From assembly GCA_044507735.1 (NCBI GenBank), contig JBIQJB010000007.1, positions 18,873-82,872 of the forward strand: DNA of 64,000 nucleotides, in the 5' to 3' direction. The notes under the pieces were generated by a model, which worked only from the letters and a program-made list of their open reading frames with translations, was not told the origin of the DNA and ran no database searches. Source of the stretch: Nitrosopumilales archaeon. Lineage in GTDB: Archaea > Thermoproteota > Nitrososphaeria > Nitrososphaerales > Nitrososphaeraceae. The position numbers and the translations under genes were made by a program. Below are positions 10,237 to 20,916 of the stretch, piece by piece (position 1 is the stretch's first letter; the number at the start of each line of letters is the position of its first letter).

Positions 10237-11556
10237 CTATGCAATGGCTCTTCTCAAGAAAGTCTCGGCATAGCTGTTGGCGGCCCTCTCCTCACGCTCA
10301 TTTCTTGCATAATATCCGGTTACTGGATCGGGGATCATCTGGTAGTCCAGCATATCCCTGACGCCATAGCAGCTGACAAGATGATGATAAAATTCATGTA
10401 GTATCGTCCGCATGCTCGTGCCTTCAGGCTTAAAGTATGCTATCATGTCGTCGGAATAATAGACTGCTATTGCATCCCTGCAGACCATGTCATTAATGGG
10501 AAACCTGTGCTGGAATACAAGCCTCATTGAGGGGACGCCGTATATCTTGCAGAGCATGTCGATTGCTGCCTGCGCCGACTTTGTCCTACAGATGTTTGCA
10601 AAGGTGGCGCATACTTCTTTTGGTGGAAGCCTGAGCTCGCTTATGTGCTTGACCGGCTGGAACATGGTTGCCGGCTCCATCTCTTCCTGTGGCACTTCGA
10701 TGGTGGTGCCCTCAAGCTCCGAACGAATTATGCTGCTGATAGCGTCCCTCAGCTTTGTGTAAAAGTCAAGGGTGATCTCATGGCTGGCGTTGTGGTACTT
10801 TGCACCGTGGAGGTAAAGGTACGGCAGACCGTTGATGATTGTAAAGCTCATGGAGCTGTAGCAGTAGAGCGACACATTTGTCTGCCCTCTATTCCAGAAC
10901 CTTGCATCGAAATGTGCGCGCATCTCCGGTTTGCCTATGACCTCTAGGTCGTCCAGCTTTTCTTTGGGGTCCATCAATTTGTAAATGGCCCTGAAGAGGC
11001 GCTCAAATGCCACGTCGGTGTATATCGAATACTGCTTCTGGGTTCCGTTGGTGTGTATCCAAATAGTGGGGATTGTAACGCTGTTTTCAAACACGATCGC
11101 CTCGTCAGAGTCCATGATGCTAATGACCGCAATGTCGTCCATCACGTATCCTTCTGTGAATGCGCCTTCAAGCTCAACCTTGATCGTAGTCTGTTGGATG
11201 CTGCCAAGCGCTGGTATGGTGGAATCGTACTGCCGTCTCCTGCCTCTGTCTATGAGGGTGTCGTAGGCCATCTGTATGACAGTAAAGATTGCGGTAGCCT
11301 CGGGCGACTTGTTCCTGTCAGGGTGGTATTGGAGGGCAAGCCTCCTATACGCACGCTTGATTTCCTCTTCAGTGGCATTGTGGGTTATGCCTAGGATGGA
11401 ATAGCAATCATACTTGTTGAGGTTAGCCGGGTCCTTGCGCTCGTATGTATTTCTTGCTGAGGGTTCTTCTTCTCTGCCGTCATCGTAGTCCTGCTTGCCC
11501 CTCGATTCCCCGTGATCGTCGCTGCCGGACTTTTTTCTTCCCCTCCACCACTTCAC
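10237..11556 (-). CDS. J-domain protein with C-terminal HExxH zincin-like domain
   Basis: YSILG..A..EEIKRAYRRLALQYHPDRN..AYDTL (J domain, HPD intact); RTILHEFYHH..EERAANSYA. Confidence 0.8.
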   Translation of the reverse strand: MKWWRGRKKSGSDDHGESRGKQDYDDGREEEPSARNTYERKDPANLNKYDCYSILGITHNATEEEIKRAYRRLALQYHPDRNKSPEATAIFTVIQMAYDTLIDRGRRRQYDSTIPALGSIQQTTIKVELEGAFTEGYVMDDIAVISIMDSDEAIVFENSVTIPTIWIHTNGTQKQYSIYTDVAFERLFRAIYKLMDPKEKLDDLEVIGKPEMRAHFDARFWNRGQTNVSLYCYSSMSFTIINGLPYLYLHGAKYHNASHEITLDFYTKLRDAISSIIRSELEGTTIEVPQEEMEPATMFQPVKHISELRLPPKEVCATFANICRTKSAQAAIDMLCKIYGVPSMRLVFQHRFPINDMVCRDAIAVYYSDDMIAYFKPEGTSMRTILHEFYHHLVSCYGVRDMLDYQMIPDPVTGYYARNEREERAANSYAETFLRRAIA

Positions 11557-11756
11557 TGAGAATTGCTACACGATAATTGTATATAATCTTGGTAGCACAA
11601 AATGCTCCAATTATTCGGACGTGCCTGTTTGCTTTCCACAAGAATGTACAATCTTATTCCTACCTCATCAGCTGAGATGCTATGCAGAGTTGCACATCAA
11701 GAGTCCCGCATGCCCTGCAAGAACCTGCCTCTAACAAAAAAGAGCGCTGCACAGCA

Positions 11757-11785
11757 AATTCACTGGCGAGAAAGTGCCAGAATGT
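11757..11785. repeat. Short palindromic intergenic element, copy 1
   Basis: AATTCACTGGCGAGAAAGTGCCAGAATGT, near-identical to 32489..32515; CTGGC/GCCAG stem. Confidence 0.45.
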
Positions 11786-11891
11786 GTGAAAGAAGATGAA
11801 GAAAAAGAAGGCACAGGGGGTAGACGGGTGATGGTCAGAGGCTGGATTGCTCTGCCACGTCCACCGCCGCTGTATCGTCCTGCTCTACCGG

Positions 11892-12758
11892 TTAGCAGAT
11901 GCCTCCCGGAAGACCAATTCCGCAGTTGTTGTTCTCTCCAAAGTTGTTGCGGTTTACGTTCACTGGCATTCCGTTAGCATTGTTGATGTCTGCCTTCGTG
12001 TGGCCAAATACGTTGTTCAAGTCTACAAAGTTGTCAAAGCTCTGCGCATCCACGAATATCCCGTTGTTACCGTTGGCAAACACTGTGTTTCCGAATATCA
12101 GATCGTCGTCGCTATCTGTAAGGACTATGCCTTGCTTTTCATTGGCAGCTATCAGGTTAAATATCACTTGATTCTCTTGACTCGATTCCGATACCACGCC
12201 AAACCTGTTATTGTCGATGGTGTTCGTAGTCACCGAGATCTTGCTTGAGCCAGTTATGAAAACGGCAGCATCATTGTCTCTCAGAACAATGTCCTTCACC
12301 AGCCCACCTTTGCTACCTGTAAATGTGACTGCCCTGTCAAAGCCAGATATCGAGCCTGGGCCGATTATCGAAACGTTGTTTGAGTCTGCAACCAGTATGC
12401 CATTGTTATCGCCATACTTCACTGTCAGATTCACTGAGTCGTCATCTTCCTCTCCGATGGACCTTATTGTATGACCATTGAGGTTAATTGTCACGTCACT
12501 CGCGCCCACTATCAGCCCATTCCCTGCACATTCTAGGTCTTGGTTCAAGCTCACATCTTCTGTCACCACAGCGCCACATGCGGGTACTCCTTGTACAGTG
12601 CTGGGGAGATCCAGGCCAAGATCTTCGACGGCGTTGTTCCCGTTGCCATTTTGCCCTGATTCATCTTGGGCCGCCACAGGCAAAGTACTCGAAAATGCCC
12701 CTGCGACGACGATCGCCCCAATCACTAAGGCATAGTACATCGCAAATTTAGATTTCAT
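11892..12758 (-). CDS. Secreted right-handed beta-helix (NosD/pectin-lyase fold) protein
   Basis: Signal peptide; CGAVVTEDVSLNQDLEC, INLNGHTI, repeated N.I..N..GI turns. Confidence 0.82.
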   Translation of the reverse strand: MKSKFAMYYALVIGAIVVAGAFSSTLPVAAQDESGQNGNGNNAVEDLGLDLPSTVQGVPACGAVVTEDVSLNQDLECAGNGLIVGASDVTINLNGHTIRSIGEEDDDSVNLTVKYGDNNGILVADSNNVSIIGPGSISGFDRAVTFTGSKGGLVKDIVLRDNDAAVFITGSSKISVTTNTIDNNRFGVVSESSQENQVIFNLIAANEKQGIVLTDSDDDLIFGNTVFANGNNGIFVDAQSFDNFVDLNNVFGHTKADINNANGMPVNVNRNNFGENNNCGIGLPGGIC

Positions 12759-13113
12759 ATTGAGAGAGACCCTCGTTTTTGACTATTTATGCAATGGGCA
12801 ATGTCATACCCTACCAGTCATCTTGAGTATACTTCTACGGCTTAACAATTGGGCCATCATCTTTCTGATGTTGTTGGCGATGATAACAATTTGTGGTGAT
12901 ACTCTGTGACGCTATAGAGCATAGAACCGACATGCTACGGTTCCAAGCAGACCGCCCCGCAAAAATCAGTCCCTTTTCTCTTGTTTGATCATGAAATATC
13001 TTGCTCCCATCACGCTGCATGCATGTCGCCATAAAAGAAAATTGACAAAATGTCCAAATTTTTAGCAGTACGAAGGTTATCATTCTACCAAGGATCGCAA
13101 GCCGAAGAACAAA

Positions 13114-13398
13114 ATGGTCAGGGTGTTAGAACATGCCCCTAATGCTCCTACTCACAATCGCGACAGAATTGATATTATTTCAAGTATTATAGATAGCACA
13201 AATGGCGGGTCGTCCAGAAGAAGAATATTGTTGACGACGGGTCTATCCAGCACCCAATTCAAGAGATATCTTTCGCTGTTGGTGCAAAGCGGTTACATAG
13301 AGGTAGTAGAAGATAACAGGCAAAAAATCTATAGGGCAACAGAGAAAGGAATCGCTCTCTTGAACGTGTACAACAACATTAAGGAGCTCTTGCAGTAG
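13114..13398 (+). CDS. Archaeal winged-helix transcription regulator
   Basis: RDRIDIISSII..GLS..FKRYLSLLVQSGYI..IYRATEKG. Confidence 0.8.
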   Translation: MVRVLEHAPNAPTHNRDRIDIISSIIDSTNGGSSRRRILLTTGLSSTQFKRYLSLLVQSGYIEVVEDNRQKIYRATEKGIALLNVYNNIKELLQ

Positions 13399-13620
13399 AA
13401 CATAACACCGCGAGGTGGTTATTTGCAGGGTACAATTCAGAATCTCTCATACCCTCTTCTACGTGGTTTTCCTCTGCAGACTGCCCGCAGCTCTTGCATG
13501 ACAGTTCCTCATAGCAAAAGAAGGCAGCAATAACATGATCCTCCGCGGTCTTCTGAAAAATTTGCAGGAATGGGAATGCCCATTGCATATATGCACACGT
13601 AGATTTCTTCACTTGCGAGC

Positions 13621-14778
13621 ATGCGGCGGCTTGCCGGGTATCAAAGCCCCAGGCTTACAATGACGTTGGGAGCGGTAGCCTTGGTGATATTATCATCAAT
13701 AGTGGGGATGATGTCGATCTTCAAGCAACAAGAACAGGAAGAAGAGGAAGAAGAAGACGAAACAACAACAGCAGCAACAGCAGCAACAACAACAGCAAGA
13801 CAACAACAGGAAATACCCTCGCAAGGCGAGGCTGGATCGATCCCAAGGGCTTCCCGTTCGATGAATTATGTAAGAGCGGACGCACGCATAGCTCTCACGA
13901 CTCTAGATCATCCGGATCAACAGACCCCCGCCGATGTAGTAGCTAATGCCACCACTAGCAACTCTGCCAGCAACAGTGTTGCAAATAGCAACGCTAGCGA
14001 CAATAATGGAAAGCAAAAAGAAGACAATGATGACGATAATAACAGCAACAGACGTCCAATTTCCGCATCATGCGGCCAGGTCTTGACAGAGGATGCCATT
14101 CTATCGCATGATCTTGAGTGCACTGGCATTGGAATGATTGCTGGCAAGGATGGAATAACGATACGGCTCAACAATCACAAATTATCGTCGTTGATCAACA
14201 CCAACAATAACAACAGTAATCATAATAATCATACAAACTCAACAATGATTCTCGAACTAGAAAGTATCGGGATATCAATCCCAAATGCAAATAATGTCAC
14301 AATAGTTGGGCCGGGTGTCATTACAGGCTTTAACACCGCAATCGAATTTGCGGGCAGCGAAGTGGGACGTGTCTTGGATCTCAAGCTAGCTGATAACAAG
14401 ATTGGCATCATGCTTAAAGCCTCTAATAATATAGCAATCCAATCGACATCCATCGAGGGGAACGCTGTTGGCATAGCGTCCCAATCGAGCAGGGCAGGCA
14501 AGATAAATTTTAACCAAATATTTCAAAATACGGACCAGGGAATTGTGCTCATAGATTCTGACTACTTTACCATAAGTTCCAATAGCGTTATTGATAGTGG
14601 GGATAATGGCATCTTTCTCGATATTCAGAGCTTCAACAACACTATATCCTATAACAACCTCTTCAACCAGACGTCCGTAGATATTAACAACGCCAATGGA
14701 GTACCGAACGACATATTGTCAAACGAATTTGTGGGAAATATTTGTCGCAAGACTGAGCCAGCTGGGCTATGCCATTGA
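13621..14778 (+). CDS. Membrane-anchored or secreted beta-helix protein with low-complexity linker; paralogue of 11892..12758
   Basis: N-terminal TM, poly-E/T/N runs, CGQVLTEDAILSHDLEC, NVTIVGPG, GIFLDIQSFNN, DINNANG. Confidence 0.8.
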   Translation: MRRLAGYQSPRLTMTLGAVALVILSSIVGMMSIFKQQEQEEEEEEDETTTAATAATTTARQQQEIPSQGEAGSIPRASRSMNYVRADARIALTTLDHPDQQTPADVVANATTSNSASNSVANSNASDNNGKQKEDNDDDNNSNRRPISASCGQVLTEDAILSHDLECTGIGMIAGKDGITIRLNNHKLSSLINTNNNNSNHNNHTNSTMILELESIGISIPNANNVTIVGPGVITGFNTAIEFAGSEVGRVLDLKLADNKIGIMLKASNNIAIQSTSIEGNAVGIASQSSRAGKINFNQIFQNTDQGIVLIDSDYFTISSNSVIDSGDNGIFLDIQSFNNTISYNNLFNQTSVDINNANGVPNDILSNEFVGNICRKTEPAGLCH

Positions 14779-15230
14779 CTACTCTCGCCCATAAACGGTG
14801 TGGATTTCTTCTGTGATCAATATGCCTATCCTGCAGCTGCAATCGCCAGAGGCTCGGGGATAGTCAACGTGACACTCTTTATTCTTGAAGGCATCCCAAG
14901 AGCTCGTCACATTACGTGCATATGCTGCCGATACACTCGACATTCTTCCTTTCATGCTGGCCAACAGATACCGCTATCCTAGTCTGGCTGATCCTATCCT
15001 TGCTGATTCTGATGACAGGATCCGTTCCAGCGTCATGTGACAAGTGTCATGTACTTTTTGGCCGGATATGCGCTGCAGTTTCGTCTTCTCTCTATACAAC
15101 ATAATCAAATGTCATATTACATAATATCGGATTCAGATTCAATTTTGGTTGGAACATAAATTAACAAAAGGAGCTCAATCACTTGCGTGGGGGCAATATC
15201 CGGTGTACTTGAGCCACCGGTTGGTTCAAA

Positions 15231-18200
15231 ATGATCCGTCGAAGCTATTCCGCGGCAGCCATCGCTTGCTTTTCGCTCTTGCTTGCTGCCGCCATCCAGC
15301 CATCTATGCCTTTTGCAAGCGCCCAGCTTGCTAGTGATGCGCATCAACCTGAAGGGTCAGTGCGGTTTGCATTTGTGGATTCCTTTTGGACAGATTCTGT
15401 CGCGCTTGGTTCGGTCGTTGCGAGCACATCTTCTGAAAACATTTCGGTAAACCCTCTGCCGCCCGCTGCCAAGAGGGAAACTGAGCCGGGACAAGGCGAG
15501 GCCATCCTTGCAGTTGTACTGGTTAACAGGGGTTCTGCCGACGCGACCAGCATAAGGGCATCATTGGATTTTCCATCCGGCTTTAATGCGATTGTCACCC
15601 CTGAGGACGTGGACTCGGACACTGCGCTGGCAAGCTACAACGGCGTGGTGGCGGCTGGTCGAACATTTACGCTGTATTTCCGAGTCGAGATCACCGACGA
15701 CGCCGATGTGGACAAGGAGTACGAGGGCGACCTTCGCATACGCTACGTCATGGTGGGAGACCCTGAAGATACCAGATCTACAACCATTGAAGTTCCGTTC
15801 AGGCTGACAGGAACGGCAATCCTGAGCGCACATGCAGTCGAGTCAGACGAATCACGGGAGTCTGACCTGGGCGTCGTAAGCGTTTCCCCCGGCTCGTCCA
15901 GCACCCTCGAGATTGAGATAAGAAATGACGGGACTGCGCCAGCAACTCGGGTGGTCGCAAGCATCGCGGCTGGCGGCCAAGAGACTCCAGCGACTGGCGG
16001 CAACAACAGCCAGGTCGTGCCGCCTAGGTCTGTCCCGCTTGTAATTGTCGGCAGCCCGACGTTTAACATCGGCAGATTGGAAGCCGACGATGACGAGGAG
16101 ATAAAACCCGTCGTCTTTGCCGCTGACGCGGCTGCAGGAACCCTGACAACCCTGAACATCCAGATCACGTACAACGACGCATACGGGAACCAAAGGGTTG
16201 CAAACCAAATAGTGGGCATACAGGTGTCACCCAAATCGCCGCAGTCTGGGCTGAACATCTCGCCATCTGTCCTGGATGCGCCCTCCAGGCAGCCAGAGGT
16301 GCCCCTGACGCTAACTACTCTGAGTCCTTCTGCCGCCGGAAACGTCACTGCCCCGGCCGGCAACGGTACTGCGGCATTGCCGCAGACTGCTACTGCATCG
16401 CAGCCAATCAAGATACAGGCAGGCAGCATACAGGATCTGAAATTTGCGATCACCAACGACGAGACTGTCGGTGGGTCCATAACCGACGTCACAGTGACGC
16501 TCACATCTGGATCGAACGAAGTCAGGATCCTGGGCGATTCCCGGTGGAACCTGCAGAGCCTGCCGGAGGGGTCGCGGCAGCAACTGTCAACCCAGGTGTA
16601 CGCCTCTACCGCCGTCATCGGAAGTCCTGTGTTCTTTACGGTGACCATGGAGTACATACGGGATGGCGATGAGCTTAGGACAGAGACATTCCAGCTTGGG
16701 GCGGTTGTGGTCGGCGAAATCAGGATAAGCGCAAACGACCTTGCGATAAGCTACATCGGAGATACCCCGAACCTGGCGGGGAATCTCTTGAACACCGGCA
16801 ACACGCCGGCGCTCTTTACCAGCATAGAGCTGGTGGCGCAGGAGGGCCAGAGCCTGCAGCCAGCCACATCTTCTCAGTATCTCGGCGACCTGCCGGTGAA
16901 TTCCCCTGTTGCATTCAACATCCCTCTGGCATTGCCGGAGAACGCCACAGGGCAGACATATCCAGTATTGCTCCGCATTACGTACAGCGACGAGCTTAGA
17001 AACAATCAAGAGCAGATCGTCAATGGGACGGTCAGTTTGGGGAATTTGCTTGCGGGGGATGCGCTCGGTCCGGGTGCAGCCAACACCGGGTTTGTCGACG
17101 CGTACTGGGCGCAGTCCGCATCGCCTGCAGCCACCGCGTCAAACACATCGGAGCAGGCAGCAGGCCAAGGCCTTCCTTCCGAGCGTGAGGTCGGGCCGGG
17201 AGAGGGGCCGGCCTTTCTTGCAGTGGTGCTGAGCAACACCGCGTTTTCAGACATTACGGGGATAATCGGGTATCTCCGGCTACCTGAAGGATTTACAGCC
17301 GCGACCTTGGATCAGGGGCAGACTGCGATTGCAAGCCTGAGCGGGGTGGTCAGGGCCGGCCAGACGTATACTCTCTACTTCCGGGTGAATGTGCAGGAGG
17401 GGGCACAGATAGGCGTGCACAACGCCCTCCTTGAAATAAACTACTTCAAGGTGCCCGAGCCCCAGCCGGGGAGATACAGGGTGCAGACCATAACAGTGCC
17501 CTTTGAGCTTGCAGGCAAGGTGGTTCTAGACGCGTCGCCGGAGACAAGCAACCTAGTACCGGGGGAGACAAACGAGGTGAAAATCAACATCAGAAACAGG
17601 GGATCCGCAGACGCCCGAAGCGTCATAGTAACCCTTGACTCGATTGGCGGCAGCATCATTACAGGCGACAGCAGCAACCGGCAGACAAGCGGCAACGCTC
17701 AACGCAACGAAACAGGAGAGGCTTCTGCCTCCGCCGTCAGCCTCGGCGCAAGAACATTCAACATCGGAACCATTCCTGCCGGCGGAGCCGCAGAGATAAC
17801 GACCACCGTGTTTCCGTCAAGCACCGCAGGCGGGACTCTCCAGAACCTAGATGTTACTATATCGTACAACGACGCAAACGGAGATGCTAAATCGACAGCC
17901 GTTTCGCTTGGATTCAGGGTGTCGCCAAATCCGCCTGACGGCGGCCTGAGCGTGACCCCATCTGCGGCAGAGGGCGCGCAGGCAGGAAGAATCATTTTCG
18001 GAACGACAATCACCGGCTCGCCGGCCGGTAGCGCCGGCAATGCAAGCGGCGGCGCCACTTCCAAGGCAGCCATTGTCGCAGGCAGGGTGGACGACCTGAA
18101 TTTCAACATCACGAACAACAACAATAACCCCGTAACCGATGTCGTGGTTACGCTCACCCCAAGGTCGGGCTCGCTTGAAATTCTCGGAGATTCCCGATGG

Positions 18201-18932
18201 ACGCTGCCGTCGCTTGAGCCGCGTACAACCGCGCGGTTCTCCACCACCGTGTTTGCTTCAGAATCCTTGATTGGAAATCCTGTATCCTTTGAGGTAGGGA
18301 TACAATACATATCGGGAGATGAGGCAAAGTCAGAGACCCTGTCGCTTGGGGCAAACGTGATGGGCGAGATCAGGATAACTGTAACCGACCTGCAGGTGAG
18401 CTATATAGGAGGCACTCCAAACCTGGCAGGGAATCTGCTGAACCAGGGAAACACAATGGCGTTCTTTACGACCATAGCAATGGAAAAACCTGCCTCAAAC
18501 AGCAGCAGCAACAGCCTCATGCCGCTGACAGACGATCCGCAGTATCTGGGCGACCTGGAGGAAAACTCGCCCCTCCCATTCACGATCCCGCTTGCATCCG
18601 ACGGCGGCAGAATCCCGGCAGGCCAGTACCCTGTCTCGCTTCTGATCAAGTATAGCGACGAGCTGAGGGACGAATACGAGTTTGAAATAAACTCGGTTGT
18701 TCCAGTTGAGCCGCCCGCGCAAGAAGGGCCTGCCCAGAGCGGTGGGATGCCTGACGGCACGACCAACATGATAGTCATCGGCCTGATATTGGTGGCCGTG
18801 GCAGTCATTGCCGTCATAGTCATCACGAGGAGGCGGAGACAAAGGGTGTCAAGATTGGTGAGCAAGGACGAAGAAGATTATGAACGTCTGGACGAGTACC
18901 GCCGATCCGAGCGCGATTCAGCAGGCCTGTAA
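15231..18932 (+). CDS. Large COG1361-type S-layer-domain surface protein with an internal duplication
   Basis: Signal peptide; Ig-like repeats (NxGT..A, ITY.D); two halves starting FVDSFW and FVDAYW; C-terminal TM followed by RRRR. Confidence 0.85.
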   Translation: MIRRSYSAAAIACFSLLLAAAIQPSMPFASAQLASDAHQPEGSVRFAFVDSFWTDSVALGSVVASTSSENISVNPLPPAAKRETEPGQGEAILAVVLVNRGSADATSIRASLDFPSGFNAIVTPEDVDSDTALASYNGVVAAGRTFTLYFRVEITDDADVDKEYEGDLRIRYVMVGDPEDTRSTTIEVPFRLTGTAILSAHAVESDESRESDLGVVSVSPGSSSTLEIEIRNDGTAPATRVVASIAAGGQETPATGGNNSQVVPPRSVPLVIVGSPTFNIGRLEADDDEEIKPVVFAADAAAGTLTTLNIQITYNDAYGNQRVANQIVGIQVSPKSPQSGLNISPSVLDAPSRQPEVPLTLTTLSPSAAGNVTAPAGNGTAALPQTATASQPIKIQAGSIQDLKFAITNDETVGGSITDVTVTLTSGSNEVRILGDSRWNLQSLPEGSRQQLSTQVYASTAVIGSPVFFTVTMEYIRDGDELRTETFQLGAVVVGEIRISANDLAISYIGDTPNLAGNLLNTGNTPALFTSIELVAQEGQSLQPATSSQYLGDLPVNSPVAFNIPLALPENATGQTYPVLLRITYSDELRNNQEQIVNGTVSLGNLLAGDALGPGAANTGFVDAYWAQSASPAATASNTSEQAAGQGLPSEREVGPGEGPAFLAVVLSNTAFSDITGIIGYLRLPEGFTAATLDQGQTAIASLSGVVRAGQTYTLYFRVNVQEGAQIGVHNALLEINYFKVPEPQPGRYRVQTITVPFELAGKVVLDASPETSNLVPGETNEVKINIRNRGSADARSVIVTLDSIGGSIITGDSSNRQTSGNAQRNETGEASASAVSLGARTFNIGTIPAGGAAEITTTVFPSSTAGGTLQNLDVTISYNDANGDAKSTAVSLGFRVSPNPPDGGLSVTPSAAEGAQAGRIIFGTTITGSPAGSAGNASGGATSKAAIVAGRVDDLNFNITNNNNNPVTDVVVTLTPRSGSLEILGDSRWTLPSLEPRTTARFSTTVFASESLIGNPVSFEVGIQYISGDEAKSETLSLGANVMGEIRITVTDLQVSYIGGTPNLAGNLLNQGNTMAFFTTIAMEKPASNSSSNSLMPLTDDPQYLGDLEENSPLPFTIPLASDGGRIPAGQYPVSLLIKYSDELRDEYEFEINSVVPVEPPAQEGPAQSGGMPDGTTNMIVIGLILVAVAVIAVIVITRRRRQRVSRLVSKDEEDYERLDEYRRSERDSAGL

Positions 18933-18993
18933 AGACAGCTTTGTCGAACTCTTATTATTTGATAAGTGTACATTTTTTTGCAGCATTCTATTG

Positions 18994-20175
18994 TTGGATT
19001 ACAGGCTCAAAGTTGCAGTCAGCATGCTGTTCAAAAAGAAAAGCAGCATGTTCGCAGCAGTCATCGCCGTTGCAATCGCGGTGCTTGTCATAGTGATAAA
19101 CTATGTCACATTTGACGGGGTGGCAAACGCAATCATACGCGATCTGGTCGACTACAGGTTTGGGCACATCCAGATATCAGACAGAAATGGCGACATCGAA
19201 AGGCCGGAAAGCGAGCTGATAGGATTCTTGGAAAGCACGGGGATGGTCAAGGGGGCGACCGTGAGGCTGAATGACGTTGCATCGATAAACAACACCAGAA
19301 CCTCTGTCCCGGTCAGAGTCTACGGCGTCCCTATTGTGGGGGTTCTTCCGCAGGAGGAAGAGGACGCAACGCGTTTGGCAGACACCGTGGTGCAAGGGAC
19401 GTTTCTCACATCCCGCGATTCAATAGTGCTTGGCGCCAGCGTTGCAGAAGACCTTGAGGCCAGAATCGGCGACCCGGTAAGGGTGAAGGTGACTGACGAA
19501 TCCGGAAACGAGCAGACAAAGAGGTTCACTGTAGTCGGGATATCAGAGACTGCCGGCGGGCTTGGTTTTGACACGTCTGCGATCGTTCACATCGAAGCTT
19601 TGCGCGACTTGAACGGCAGGGATGACAGCAGCAGCGAGCTGATAGTGAGGCTCTATGACCAGCGGGACTCTGACAATGTATCCCGGGCGTTTTCCACAAG
19701 ATACGCAGGCGAGCACTTTAAAATACAGACGATCGAGGAGTCCGCTGAGGGCATCCTCCAGGGGATACGCTCCGGAATCGCATTCATAAACCTGGTGGGA
19801 TATTTCGGGATGCTGTCATCGGCCTTTGGCATCATTACGATAATGATGATGATTGTAACAAGCAAGATAAGGGAGATAGGAGTGATGCGGGCTTTAGGCT
19901 CGAGCAAGAGCGATGTCATGATAATCTTTCTGCTGCAGGGAACAATCATCGGGGCAATGGGCGCCGCGCTTGGGTTTCTGCTTGGGTCATCCTATGCCCT
20001 CTACGCACAGAACTCGGATCTTTCATTTGGGGAGAGCCTGTCGCTTGCAGTGCGCTACGACCCGGTGTTTGTGGCAAACACCGCGCTCACCGGCCTTGTA
20101 ATGGGGGTTGCTGCTTCGATCTATCCGGCATGGCGCACCACAAAGCTAGAACCGGCGGAGGCGACTCGCTATTAG
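18994..20175 (+). CDS. MacB/LolE/FtsX-type ABC permease
   Basis: REIGVMRALG, IYPAWRTTKLEP; TTG start at 18994 (MDYRLKVA) parallels the paralogue's MDFRVILA. Confidence 0.9.
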   Translation: MDYRLKVAVSMLFKKKSSMFAAVIAVAIAVLVIVINYVTFDGVANAIIRDLVDYRFGHIQISDRNGDIERPESELIGFLESTGMVKGATVRLNDVASINNTRTSVPVRVYGVPIVGVLPQEEEDATRLADTVVQGTFLTSRDSIVLGASVAEDLEARIGDPVRVKVTDESGNEQTKRFTVVGISETAGGLGFDTSAIVHIEALRDLNGRDDSSSELIVRLYDQRDSDNVSRAFSTRYAGEHFKIQTIEESAEGILQGIRSGIAFINLVGYFGMLSSAFGIITIMMMIVTSKIREIGVMRALGSSKSDVMIIFLLQGTIIGAMGAALGFLLGSSYALYAQNSDLSFGESLSLAVRYDPVFVANTALTGLVMGVAASIYPAWRTTKLEPAEATRY

Positions 20176-20191
20176 GGATAGGTCAAGGATT

Positions 20192-20866
20192 GTGGAAGCA
20201 CACGGCCTGACCAAGATATACGGGACAGGCGATGTCTCCACGCTCGCGCTCAGAAACGTATCGTTTGACATACGCAGGGGCGAATTTGTCCTGATAGTGG
20301 GCCAGTCCGGCTCTGGCAAGTCAACGCTGCTGCACATAATCGGGCTACTTGACAAGCCCACTGCAGGTAGGATCGTAATTGATGGGATAGACACAACCCG
20401 TCTCTCCGACGCTGACAGGTCAATAGTGCGGCGGCGCAAGATTGGATTTATCTTTCAGGCATACAACCTCCTGTCCGACCTCACCGTGGTGGAAAACGTG
20501 ATGCTGCCGCTAATGATGACAAACAGAGGCTCGTCTTCTACGATGCGGAGAGAGGCTGAAAGGTTGCTTGGGAAGGTGGGCCTTGCCCGGCAAGTAGACA
20601 AGCAGTCAAACCAGCTGTCAGGGGGACAGATGCAGCGGGTTGCGGTGGCAAGGGCGCTGGTCAGCAGGCCGGCGCTTGTCCTTGGCGACGAGCCGACTGG
20701 AAACCTGGATTCAAAGTCGTCGCAAGATGTCATTACGCTGATGAAGGAGCTGAACAAAGAGCTGAACCAGACGTTTGTCATTGTGACCCACTCAAGGGAG
20801 TCTTTTGGCAGGGTAGACAGGACAATCGTACTGAGGGACGGGAGGATCGAAAAGATTGTGGAGTAG
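20192..20866 (+). CDS. LolD/MacB-type ABC ATPase
   Basis: GQSGSGKST, IGFIFQAYNL, LSGGQMQRVA, DEPTGNLD, VTH. Confidence 0.95.
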   Translation: MEAHGLTKIYGTGDVSTLALRNVSFDIRRGEFVLIVGQSGSGKSTLLHIIGLLDKPTAGRIVIDGIDTTRLSDADRSIVRRRKIGFIFQAYNLLSDLTVVENVMLPLMMTNRGSSSTMRREAERLLGKVGLARQVDKQSNQLSGGQMQRVAVARALVSRPALVLGDEPTGNLDSKSSQDVITLMKELNKELNQTFVIVTHSRESFGRVDRTIVLRDGRIEKIVE

Positions 20867-20916
20867 TATTGGGGTTCAGGGGCGCAGCTCAATTTTGTCA
20901 TGGGAGGCTAAGCGAA

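Noticed and set aside
15743-18865. Long antisense ORFs (304, 203 and 154 aa) within the surface-protein gene
   Set aside because: Shadow frames of a GC-rich coding strand; the same applies to most short overlapping ORFs in the track
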